Shown here in pieces: positions 1 through 10,730 of a stretch of DNA of 16,406 nt (positions are counted from its first letter, which is position 1; every line of letters starts with the position of its first letter). The notes below the pieces were generated by a model. It ran no database searches. It was not told the DNA's origin and saw only the letters and a list, made by a program, of their open reading frames with translations. The translations under genes and the position numbers were made by a program. Origin of the DNA: Azolla caroliniana (Eukaryota; Plantae; Polypodiophyta); assembly GCA_043228905.1 (NCBI GenBank), contig JBHGNT010000750.1, forward strand, positions 1 to 16,406. The letters run 5' to 3'.

Positions 1-528
1 AAGGACTTGTAAAACAAATCATATTACGGAAACACCACCACCATACCATGTATACAACTTTTGTCATGGAAAACTTTTACGCACCTCTTTTAAGTCAAGA
101 AGAACATAAATCATTTTAAGTTTTCTCCTACGTATACCCAACCTAATTAAACCATGATAGAGATAAGGTTTGCAACATAACCAATTGTTTAACGGATATA
201 GTGTGATGTAAGAAAATAATAACTTTGAGAAACCTCCAAGATTTCTTTTGTTTTCCCAAAAACCCATGGGTTGATATTATAACAAACAACCTATAGAGAT
301 TGATGGTTACATAAAAACATTGTTGACATGTTGGTATATCATTCTATAAAGTTTTAAATATGATGGTAAATTTTGAAAAACCACTTTGCATATAGTTTAA
401 TGATAAAAAAATCTACAATTTCTTTTAATTTCATGCATTATGAAACAATGTTCGTCTAAAAACTCAATCATGCCTTACAATTGTTGTTATATGGTCAAAC
501 TGAAATACTTTTTTCATATGGTTACTAG

Positions 529-774
529 GGGCAAGTTGTCTCATTAGAGGAACAAATTGAGAATCTACTAAAGACAAAAAAGCAAATCATTAGCTTGATT
601 GGCAAAGTGGCAACTGACGAATTGTTTGCGAAATCTCCTTTCGTTGTGGTTACAGGATCTAATGATTGGCTCCTCTCCTACTTTAATCCCCTCCTTCCCT
701 ACATCCACCTAAGCTCCCTTACTACTGATGAACATAGAGACAAACTCATCCAAAAGCTCATCTCTCACATTAAG
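529..774 (+). CDS. GDSL lipase internal exon (block III)
   Basis: Acceptor TAG ends at 528, donor GT at 775; 82 codons GQVVSLEEQIENL...VVTGSNDWLLSYF...LISHIK. Confidence 0.9.
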
Positions 775-1095
775 GTACATTTGGTCAACCATTACTATAT
801 ATATCTATTTACATATAAACTATTTATGGCGACTTTGGCAATCATTGAATCGATTAAAAGAGAAGTTAAGTCTCACATGTATTTGGCTTTTCTATCCTTT
901 CGTCTTAAGTTTCTTCTATTGACTTTAGAGTACAATGGATCAATGCTCATTATTTATTCATTATAAGTTAGTTACCATCTTGACGCACTGTTTTTTTTCC
1001 AAAATAGGAGTTACTTTCCCATTAGTTTGGAGAGATTTTTACAAAAAGGCTATACAAGGTGGCTTATATATACACATACACATACACATACATAT

Positions 1096-1181
<86 letters not shown>

Positions 1182-3399
1182 TGGGGAATCCCCTCCCTCC
1201 CTCCCCGGTCGAGTTCCGGAATATGAGAAAGAAACTATGGCTACATACATATCCTCGCATATTTTCTACTTAACCTTGAAGCATTGTTAATACACTTCAG
1301 TCTTCTATCTATAATTGAAAGGGGGAAATTCTAAAATATCCCAAGTTATTTCCCCAAATATTTTATTATTTTTGTCAATTATTTTCCAAACGCCCTTGGT
1401 CAAACCTCCAAGAGAAATTATATGATCTATTCCATCTCATATAATGTGGTCTATCCGATTTTCTCCATTAAGTGTGTTACTTGTGCAATTATGTGGTCTA
1501 TCTGATTTCTTTCCTCATTTTCAAGGTTATCCTAGGGATATTTGGGAAAATAACAAAAAATGAAGGGCATTCCAAAGTTTTTCTCCCAATTCAAATGGCT
1601 CTTAATACTTCAAATTACATACTTGATTTTCAAGTAATCATATTGCTATATCATCATCACATTTATAAAACTAATGTTTGTTTGTTCTTTTGTCATAAGG
1701 CTATCCATGAAGTAGGTGCTAGAAGGATTGTTGTTGCAGGAGTACCTGCTTTAGGTTGTTGTCCTTCTCAACTATTAGCGTACAATTCAAATGGTAGTTG
1801 TGTTGATTACATCAACGATGTCTCGAAAGATTATAACGAGCATCTCCTTCCTGAAATATTATCACTTAACGAGAAGATTCCGAATACGACTATTATGTAT
1901 ATTAACATATACACCTCAATATTGAATGCTGCTCAACACCCAACTCAATTTGGTAAGGTCAAGTCAAGTTGAACACATGTACGAGTTTAGTCATTCATGC
2001 ATTCATTCTCCATTGTCTAATGGCATGCAACATCTTTATAATTTCATATCCTTTTACTATTGAGCTAATATGCCTAAGTCACGAATCATTTTAAGGAAAC
2101 AATGATATTGTCAAGAGAAAACTAATAGCATGCATCACCTCAAAGTACAACTATTAGTATTGTTTTAAATGGACAATTATTGCACAAGACTTGAACCCAC
2201 ATCCTTTAGCACAACATCATCACATATTTATGCGTAAACACCTAAAAAGGCCTCATTTGTAGAATTTTATAACTAATGGAAGGAGTTTTTTTTTGGAACA
2301 AAAAAAAAGGCCTTATCTCTAAAAGCTTTTTTATTTTTGTTTGAGAAAATAATTGCTTCCAATTAGTGAGGTGAATTGCATACACAAATCAGGCTATGGA
2401 CACTCTAAGTATCAATAGATACTCTAATTTATAGGTCACTTTCATATATATTTGGTTATCGTTGTATGACACTTTAGATAAAAAAAGGTGGGTCAATCGT
2501 TGTCCACATAACAACAAACGGTTACCTGACAAAACCTGTTATTTTTCAACAACGATCAAGACACATCTAACAAGCTTCTGAATGTTGTTAGATGGGTACA
2601 ACAAGATGGATATCACCAAAAGCAATATGGGTAAGTTGTCAGTTGGGAGTAGAGCCAATGAGGCGGTTGGAAGCACCATTTTAGATGTCCTAATGTGAAG
2701 TTCACCAATGGTGTAGTTGCCCAAAGTGAGATAAATTGTGCTTGTGTCAACTCTTGAGACTATGAATCTCTCTATAGGTTTTCAAATTGTGCACGCGAGG
2801 ATATCACTAGATCAATCCATATAGTTGTGATGGCATCTGCAATTGTGTGTGTTTCCCCTAAGTACCATTTGAGACATGTATTTCCAAATGTTCCACATAC
2901 TGATTGATGCCACAGTTGACCATGCTTTTTGCAATTGTTTTAGATTGTGATTAATTATGCAATGTTTTGTTAGTTTGTCCTTTTACCTGTAGTTGTAGGG
3001 TATTAATAATATATTAACTCATTGGTCCATGTGCTTGTGGTTCGTACAAAGTAATAAATTCATGAATTCTCCTTTTCTTAAATGTAGCTAACCTTGAAAG
3101 ATTGATCATTTCAAAGCAAAAACATTATTATGTTTCCATGTATAGGTTTCAAAACAGGGAACACAGCTTGTTGCGGGATAGGAAAATATAACGGATTCTT
3201 AACTTGTTTACGTGGTTTGAAACCATGTGACAATGTGGAAGATCACTTTTATTGGGATGCTTATCATCCAACTTCAAAGTTTTACCCTCAATTAATAGAT
3301 ATCTTGTGGAACAATGGGCCACCATACACCTATCCTAAAAGCTTGCAAGAAGAATTTCAACCTATGAAGCAACAAGACAATGTTCACACTGAACTCTGA
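529..3399 (+). CDS. GDSL/SGNH esterase-lipase, 3' part (exons 529-774, 1700-1952, 3146-3399); 5' exons with blocks I/II not found in the window
   Basis: GT-AG bounded exons splice in frame (phases 0, 0, 1). Block III GSND, the GARRIVVAGVPALGCCP segment, ACCG, and block V FYWDAYHPT (catalytic DxxH) are present. Exon layout matches the last three exons of the typical 5-exon plant GDSL gene. Confidence 0.95.
1066..1180. repeat. Compound microsatellite, (CA)36 core at 1101-1172 flanked by TA/CATA units
   Basis: Read directly; lies in the GDSL intron and explains the HT/CV-rich ORFs in the track. Confidence 0.97.
1311..1600. mobile_element. Possible decayed MITE-like element
   Basis: Inverted repeat 1345-1361 vs 1538-1554 (16/17 match), weaker complementarity outward, and an internal direct repeat ATGTGGTCTATC(C/T)GATTT at ~1444 and ~1491. 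No TSD identified. Confidence 0.3.
1700..1952 (+). CDS. GDSL lipase penultimate exon
   Basis: Acceptor AAG 1697-1699, donor GTAAGG at 1953; AIHEVGARRIVV...HPTQFG. Confidence 0.92.
2613..3055 (-). mobile_element. Degenerate 3' remnant of an L1-type LINE ORF2 (copy A), in the GDSL intron
   Basis: Minus strand translates, with a frameshift and stops, as KAWSTVASISMWNIWK/TCLKW...IWIDLV...KWCFQPPHWLY, collinear with the remnants at 4270 and 16062. The 5' limit near 3055 is approximate. Confidence 0.75.
3146..3399 (+). CDS. GDSL lipase last exon (block V DxxH)
   Basis: Acceptor TAG 3143-3145; GFKTGNTACCG...WDAYHPT...NVHTEL*, TGA 3397-3399. Confidence 0.95.
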
Positions 3400-3491
3400 G
3401 GAATCTAAACTATGTTTATGCACTCCCACAATCGTGAACCATATATTTGAGAGATACACTCACATAAAAGTATCATTTACGAATTGATCTT

Positions 3492-3497
3492 AATAAA
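3492..3497 (+). promoter_or_regulatory. Candidate polyadenylation signal AATAAA of the GDSL gene
   Basis: AATAAA ~90 nt after the stop codon; plant signals are loosely defined. Confidence 0.4.
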
Positions 3498-4269
3498 ACT
3501 CGGATGATGCATTCAACCAAGATTAAGATTCATGAATCTTGGCTAATGAATGACTAGAATATTTACAGTAACCATAAACTTGTAAGATGATTTTATGTAA
3601 ATATTAAATATTAGTGTTGATGCATCAACACTTAAGCCTTTGTACTTATAAATACATGACATTGTGTTTCATGATCATAAGATTAAAATAACTAGAATTA
3701 AAATTAATGACTTTAATTTAAATAATTAAATATACATATCAATGTGCTCGTAACGAAAATTAGTTTCAAGGTTCAATTGTTGGGTTGTAGAAAAGGAGTT
3801 TCAAAAGCCATTTCCTTAGGAGGATAGTGATGGCTAATAATTAGTGTAATGTGTAACACTCAACACCCATGCCCTTAGGTTACAAAGGATGAGCATTACC
3901 TCTTCGACTCTTCTCATGAACACATAAAGGTTATTCCTTTCAAACAACTTTAGAATAAAGTCTTTGAATGTTATGCAAGACAAGTTACTTGAAATACCCC
4001 GCATGTTTTTTGTTTCTCTTCGAATGTCAACGGTCAACCCCCCACCTCAATCAATTATATGTGTTAATTGAGCATTTATGTCATCAACAAATCCCCTTTT
4101 TCTATCTTCTTAGAGGAGCATTGGAGAAGTAGAAGAAAAGCTATTGATGATATATTAGAGGTTTTCCCTTTTTATTAGATTATGCTTATAAGAATCCATA
4201 CTTCTCGAGCATTGAGTTGTATTCACCCTTTTAAAATGCTTCATGGTTTGCAAGAAAACTAGAATATCT

Positions 4270-4965
4270 TAGGATCGTGGAAGCATGCAGTGTGAATGGG
4301 AGAGTTGTATGGGGGTCCTTCTAGGGGTTGAAGTTAAGAGGGGAAGGCTGGGCGGAACAGTTAAACCCCCATGGTCATGGATTGATAGTGCAGGGTGGCA
4401 ATGTGTTTCAATGTGCTGGAGTTCGACCTGGCACAAACTCTGAATTTTTTGAGGAGATATGGATGATGGTGGCTTGCTTAATTGTTTGGCACATTTGGAC
4501 CAAGCGTTGTAAGTTTGTTTTTCAACAGCACAAGCTCCCAAGCGGTGAGGTGTTGTTAAACATCTAGTTCAACCTGGTATCTTGGCTGCGGGGACGGTAT
4601 GATTCGATTTAGGGGGAATTAGATGAAGCAGAAAGAGCTCGATCAAAGTTTCTGCTGAAATGAGGCAGTTTGCCTATGGTGGTCAGATCATCATCATGGC
4701 CTAAATGGAACTACCAAGCACCCATATGGTTGTTTCCGCCAATTGCTTCCATTAGTGACCAGGAGTTGTAAATATGTATAGTTGTGTTACAAGGTAGTTA
4801 CAATGTTAAAAGAGTTGATGGGATACTTTTGTTGTAAATGAGGGGGTGGGGACTATGATCACTTTGGTGAGAAGACCAGAGTGAGTTTTGCTGAAATTTG
4901 TTGGTCTTTGATGTACTTTGTTTGCTAACTAATACGAAGTAGTGTTTTTTTTGGAAAAAAAAAGA
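4270..4965 (+). mobile_element. 5'-truncated L1-type LINE remnant (copy B) with 3' UTR and A-rich tail
   Basis: GC-richer island. One frame reads EIWMMVACLIVWHIWTKRCKFVF...NI*FNLVSWLRGRYDSI*G...PKWNYQAPIWLFPP to TAA 4769-4771. The W-x8-W-x2-W-x2-RC motif is typical of plant L1 ORF2 C-termini. A-run at ~4955-4963. Confidence 0.85.
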
Positions 4966-5375
4966 AAGACAACTTATTTATCATTTTCGGAGAGGACTCA
5001 TCTACCAATTGACAACAAAGCGTTATGGTTCACCTTTTTTATGGTAAGACATGTAATATCTATCATAAAAGACATTGCCATACATTCCTTGTAAACTAGA
5101 ATGAAATGCATCTTGTCATAGTTTTAGGTACTTATTACTTGGGGAATTAGTTTTCGTTAGCTTCTTCACCTAAATTTGAGCTAGAAGGAACCTTTTTCAA
5201 TGACTACAACCACATTACGATCAATGCAAACTGTGTGTTATAAAAAGTTGCAAAAGAAAGCTTACCAATAAGCAAGGGAATGGTAAAAAGCGCATAGAGT
5301 AGAGCACGCAAAAAATACGAAATCATTCTAATAAGGAAGTCTCAATGAGTGAGTGCATGAAAAATCTAGTCACTA

Positions 5376-5570
5376 TAGATTGTACATTACTCTTGATGTC
5401 ACAAATCATGGGTTTAAAGACATGCATTGATCCTAGACATTTGTATCTCATTGTACTATTATAAGGTAGATTGTACATTACTCTTGATGACACAAATCAT
5501 GGGTTTAAACTTTAAAGACATGCATTGATCCTACACATTTGTATCTCATTGTACTATTATAAGGTAGATT
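5376..5570. repeat. Tandem duplication, units 5376-5466 (91 bp) and 5467-5564 (98 bp)
   Basis: Two substitutions plus a 7-bp insertion separate the units; TAGATT microhomology at all three junctions. Confidence 0.95.
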
Positions 5571-6168
5571 AAAAGTGGTGCATATGTTTGCTCATTCATT
5601 GTGATGGAAATTTATTGTCGTGTGGACTAGTTATTGTGTGACTTCAAACCCTTTGGAAAATTCTCAAGCACTTTGGATTTCTTAAATGTGTGACGAGGTG
5701 CCTCTTTTAAAAGAATGTTACTTTGACATGTTTGTTGAATGTATATAAGTTTGTTATTGGGACTCACGTTGCATTTTTTGTGCTATAAATGTTGGATGCC
5801 ACAAAGACTATTAAGATTATTTCACAGTTTTCAGCTAGGATGCTTGAGTATCGCTCTTCATACATAGCTAGCTACTTGGATTAATTGGATATTATGAATT
5901 CTACATATTTTCCAAACATAAATTGTATATGCCATTCAAAAACTTTTCTTTATACATAGAATAGAGAGTCCATGTGAATCTATAAGTTTACTATGACAAC
6001 TAACCATGTTATATTTTGACTTTTAATCAACTCTTGAAAAATCAAACCTTATTGCCCAAAAGAGAGAAACAATAATATAATACGACCTTCTTATATGAAT
6101 TAGTTACATGTAACAAAAAATATACACTCCCCAAATCATAATGGTTGATATAACATAAGGCATCATAT

Positions 6169-6356
6169 TGCCTTGAATTTGTAATTTCATTACACATGTA
6201 ATTTTGAGCCTAAAGTAAAACATGTTTAAGTTAATTATGCAAAATTTGAATTATGATTTGTTGATGCCTTGAATTTGTAATTTCATTACACATGTAATTT
6301 TGAGCCTAAAGTAAAACATGTTTAAGTTAATTATGCAAAATTTGAATTATGATTTG
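6169..6356. repeat. Perfect 92-bp tandem duplication (6169-6260 / 6265-6356) with 4-bp filler TTGA
   Basis: Identical copies read directly. Confidence 0.95.
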
Positions 6357-6416
6357 ACTATAACGTGACCCTAAAGCTACCTACCTCATGTTACCTTCGG
6401 ATTGAAAGCTCATCAT

Positions 6417-6554
6417 AACCATTGAAGACAAGATTCAATGTTTTAACCTACATTGGAAACTCATTATATTTATCAACCATTGAAACGCATATTCAATGTT
6501 TTAACTTTGTCAAACTTTCCATTCGAAAAGCTTCCGAAACGCATATTCAATGAA
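6417..6554. repeat. Degenerate ~58-bp period repeat with palindromic core CATTGAA-N7-TTCAATG
   Basis: Copies begin at 6417 and 6475, with a partial third near 6534. Confidence 0.7.
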
Positions 6555-6702
6555 AGGCATTGGCACAAAGATTTCATTCCATTAAGAGTTTCTTCTTCTT
6601 TTTTAAACTTGGGAAGAAAGAAACATTTTTCATCGCATTAAACAATTAAAAGGAAAGATCCTGATTGCATTTAATAGTTAATAAGTAAAGGAAAAGATTG
6701 AT

Positions 6703-6783
6703 CGACAGCTGCAGGATTCGAACCTGCGAGGGCGAACCCATTTGATTTCGAGTCAAACGCCTTAACCACTCGGCCAAACTGTC
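6703..6783 (-). tRNA. trnS-CGA: tRNA-Ser (anticodon CGA), intronless, 81 nt
   Basis: GACAGTT/AGCTGTC acceptor stem, A box TGGCCGAGTGG, anticodon arm TTTGA-CTCGAAA-TCAAA, long variable arm, T arm GCAGG-TTCGAAT-CCTGC, G discriminator. A T4 run follows at 6692-6695 (minus strand) and a TATA-like tract lies ~35-40 nt upstream. Confidence 0.97.
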
Positions 6784-6849
6784 TCAATGATATGTTTAAT
6801 CTTTCTAATTTTTTCTATTATAATTACTCAAAATGAACCACCAAACGTT

Positions 6850-6992
6850 ATACACACTTTTAACTATTATAGTTGGTTTTGACATCATTTGTGATCCAAA
6901 TATGGATGTATGGTTTTAACTAATTATAGTGGGCTCCAAGTTTCTAACATTTGGAATCCAAATATGTATATACTTTTAACTAATACAATGGG
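6850..6992. repeat. Degenerate ~56-60 bp tandem repeat, about 2.5 copies
   Basis: TTTTAACTA(A)T...TGG at 6858, 6914 and 6974; CATTTG..ATCCAAATATG occurs twice. Confidence 0.7.
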
Positions 6993-7950
6993 TTCAAAAT
7001 TGCTTCCTTTTGTGCAGCTCCCCACAAAAAAGCTACTACACATAGACATCAACTGAAGGCTAAAATGAAACTACTTCACAAGCTTGATCCTCATTTTTGT
7101 GATGCATAACACTGCAATTCTTCAATTCTGTTGCTTTTTTACTTTCCACATCTGAACCAATATATGCAATCGTAGAAAGCTGTAAACCAAAAAGTGAATC
7201 CTTTCTTTCGAAGTACAGTGTCATTATGTCAACATGGTTCATCATTTAAAGAGATTGGTATAGAAACCAGCCTTGCATAAAGCGAAACTATTTCCTACAG
7301 GCAAGCAAAGAACAATCAATTTCTTATAAGCATTGCATCCGCCAAGACTTTGCATAGAGATACATAAGAGATTCGTCAAAGCTGAGTAAATTACCAGGTC
7401 TCCATTCAAATATGATACGAGTCAAAAGCCTTTTTATTACAATCACAAATACAAATGGAAAACCACAACATTGTGATTATAAGCAGCTGCTATCCAGAAT
7501 TCCATACAAGATTTTTTCCATGTAACTGAGTTTCAGATTTTTGGTTGTATCCCCAATTCAAGATACATTTTCTTGATTAAAGGGTGTACACTCATTATTA
7601 TCATTAGAAACTAGGCTTCAGCATGTTTTCATCACTCTGTCAATTTTGCACTCACTTAAGTCACGATGTATGAAAACCAATTAGAATGTCAAAAAATTAA
7701 ACCATTACATTTGGCTTGATATGAGAAGGCTTTTGTTTTTCCTTTCCAAGGCAAAAATCAAAATGACTTAACAACATTGCACCTAAATTTTAGGAAAATG
7801 TCCCATTAAAAAGTCCTTTTTTATCACAAAGAGAGGGAATAATGAATAAAATCAAATCCCACGAGAAATAACGAATATTGGAATATGCCGAAATAATGTC
7901 AAGATACAAATGATTATGTACTGGCCTTGCAATGGAGAAAAAAATGAAGA

Positions 7951-8142
7951 ATTTCATGAAATATGGAAAATCGAAGCCCGAAGAAATCTGTTCTCCTTCT
8001 CAAGCATCTTTTACTAGAGTGTAATACAAAACGCAGAAACGTTGTATTTCATGACATATGGCAAACCAAAGCTCGAAGAAATTTGTTCTCCTTTTCAAGC
8101 GTCTTCGACTTGAGAGTGGAACACAAAGCTCGGAAATGTTGT
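7951..8142. repeat. Diverged ~95-bp tandem duplication of the CBL last exon plus proximal 3' UTR
   Basis: 7951-8045 aligns with 8046-8142, e.g. GAAGAAATCTGTTCTCCTTCTCAAGCATCTT vs GAAGAAATTTGTTCTCCTTTTCAAGCGTCTT. Confidence 0.85.
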
Positions 8143-8152
8143 TGTGATGTCT
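8095..8152 (-). CDS. CBL: CBL coding exon 8
   Basis: CAG acceptor; (R)[21 protein letters not shown] 8097-8095. Confidence 0.95.
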
Positions 8153-10699
8153 CTGGGAACAAGAAAATAGTAACAATAGTAATGAATTTTTAACATTATA
8201 ATAGAAAAAATATAAAAAATAAAATAAAATTGCAACATGATCAAAATCTGAAGACATTTAGCTACTATATTCTTACCTAAGATATTGAAGTGTCATGTTC
8301 TTCAAAAGGGAAGGATGTTGTAGAACCAAGCTTCGCCACTCATCTTTGTCTATCTTCCCATCGAGTTTTGTATCCGCCTCTTCAAATGTCTGGCATAACA
8401 ATGCATGGGTTTCTTTCCAACGAGGTCTTTTGAGTTTGGAACTTCAAAATGATATTTATTGGCATATATAAATATGACCTATTGAACTTCTATAAAAAAA
8501 TTTAATAACCTCACATGCTATGTGGTAACTTTGACAATATTGTTAATAGTTATTGAGTAAACTTAAACAAGCTAACTTATATCCGTAAAATTATACATAA
8601 ATTTATGCAAATAAATCAATTGACATTGAAATATCATGAACTTTTTGTGATACACGATGACTGTGGTATTTTATTTATATACACCCATCGTGTTTTGGAT
8701 AGATGCTCATGACAAAGGGTATCGAAGATCTCAATGACAAAGATTACATGGTGAACGACTCTGAAGATAGTTAGCATACTGTCATTACTTTCTATGCATG
8801 ATCTATCAACATATTCTCATTAAACAAGGTTTTTTGGTGAAATTCGAGCCTTGCCTTTGTAATTTCTTTCAAGTATACGTATAATGTTTTAATCAGTTAA
8901 ATCTTTAACATTTGAGAATTCTCACATTTTAATACGTTGGTTTTATCTCTAGAATCAATGCTAAGCATCCTATTTGAGATTAAGAATCTATTTTTTTATA
9001 ATTCAATCTATGGTAAAAGCAAAAACAAATGGTTGACTGTTGCACATTCTTCGTTACAATGAATTACACATTACAACAAAAATGGATTAACACAAAAACA
9101 AATCATTTACCTTGTCAATAATAGTCTCAATGGCATCATCGGACAAGTTCATGCCAGACTCTGCAAGAGTGGCCATTACCATCCGTTTAACCTGCGTTAT
9201 TTCAATAATAATTGACACGAATTGGAATCTAGAAACTAAATAGCTTTTCCATGTGGAATCCCATTTTGTTTACAGAGAACTACTAACCTCTTTTCTTTCA
9301 ATAAAGCCCTGTTGTTCAAGATCATATAGCTGAAAAGAAACTATAAAAGTAGCAAGAAGACTGATTCATTTTACTGATCATTAATTAATAGCCCAACAAT
9401 AAATTATAATAATAATAATTGTGGTAATTTATGATCCAAAATAGGTTTACTTCAGACAAATAAACAAAACATACAATCAATTTTATCTTCACGAGAAGCA
9501 TTGGGATGGAAAACGGATAATTGCCGAGCAAATTCCCCAAATCCTAATACCCCTTTATTCTTAGTGTCAAAAAGATTAAATACCTGAAACAAGATTAAAA
9601 TTTGTCAAAAGATATATCCATGCACAATCAGATCAACTGATGATCATACAAAATACATCAAAAAAGGAGAATCAAGATGCATGAATAAGGAGCTAGCAAT
9701 GTCCTCAAAGGACAAGAAAAGAAAGTGAAATGCTGTCAAGAAGAAATCAATATTCATCTACTGAAAATGATTATGAGTTATTTATTTATTTATTTATTTA
9801 AGGCTTAATGGATCAACTCAGAAAACTATGTTTCATACAATTCTGCAATTGACAAAATTAGAACATGGTGAAAGCACGTTATGGTGTACATGACAAAGAT
9901 TTTTATCTGTAGTACATTGTTATATTATAGAAACTCTAGATTGCATATACAAAACATGAAATATAGCATTAAAAATTAGTAACATTTTATAATTTATTGC
10001 GAAAAAACACTACTAAAAATGGGATACTACGTCGTTTCATCAACGAGGTATTTTTCGAATTTTGAACTCAATTTACTGCATTATATTAATAACACTCACT
10101 CGATCTGCAAATAAGCTCTGTTTCTTGTTGTTTTTGAAAAGGGCTAACTGGAACTCTTCCTGTTCGCACGAAATCAAGGATTGAAAAATAGTGATGACAC
10201 AGTCATGCTTGAAAACATATATATAATAAAATATTTGAAATTACTCGATATTAACCTTCACATTAAGTCACGTAGCGAAAAGGTCAATAGCGTAATTTGA
10301 GAGTTCAGAATTTTTATTGTATTATTACTATTTCTTTATCAACTAACCTTATGGATCATCCCATCATCGGTACCACTACTTATCTTCTTAAATAGTTCAT
10401 AAAGGGCCTCAACTTCACTTACTGTAACTACCAAAAACAAAAAATGTTTGAAACGTCAGCTGCTTCAAAGTTCTACACATGGAACTGTGAAAAAACCCCT
10501 TTAGAAATACCTTGAAGTTTCACATTGGTGCACAACATAGTTTGTTCAAATAAATTACTTCAGTTCATTCTACATCCATTACTTCACATTGATTCCTCCC
10601 TTAAATTACTTGACATTTCATTAGTTCATATAAATTAGTTTTCACACTATTTCTAAGCATTAATTCACACTATTTCACATACATTATACGCGTGTGTAT

Positions 10700-10730
<31 letters not shown>

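Noticed and set aside
64-300. Minus-strand QPMGF...CK..YHGL, faintly like Copia RT
   Set aside because: Spacing and the remaining motifs do not fit; too weak without a search.
935-1290. Four ORFs with poly-HT or poly-CV tracts
   Set aside because: Artefacts of the stop-free (CA)n microsatellite inside the GDSL intron.
3834-4037. 67-aa minus ORF and surrounding coding-like sequence
   Set aside because: No recognisable motif or splice support; at most very old TE debris.
6417-6554. CRISPR-like repeat-spacer appearance
   Set aside because: Only about 2.5 non-identical repeats, no cas genes, and a spliced eukaryotic context.
7060-7245. 61-aa ORF as an alternative CBL terminal exon
   Set aside because: Its frame does not match the exon 7 phase, there is no CBL similarity, and the canonical exon 8 is intact.
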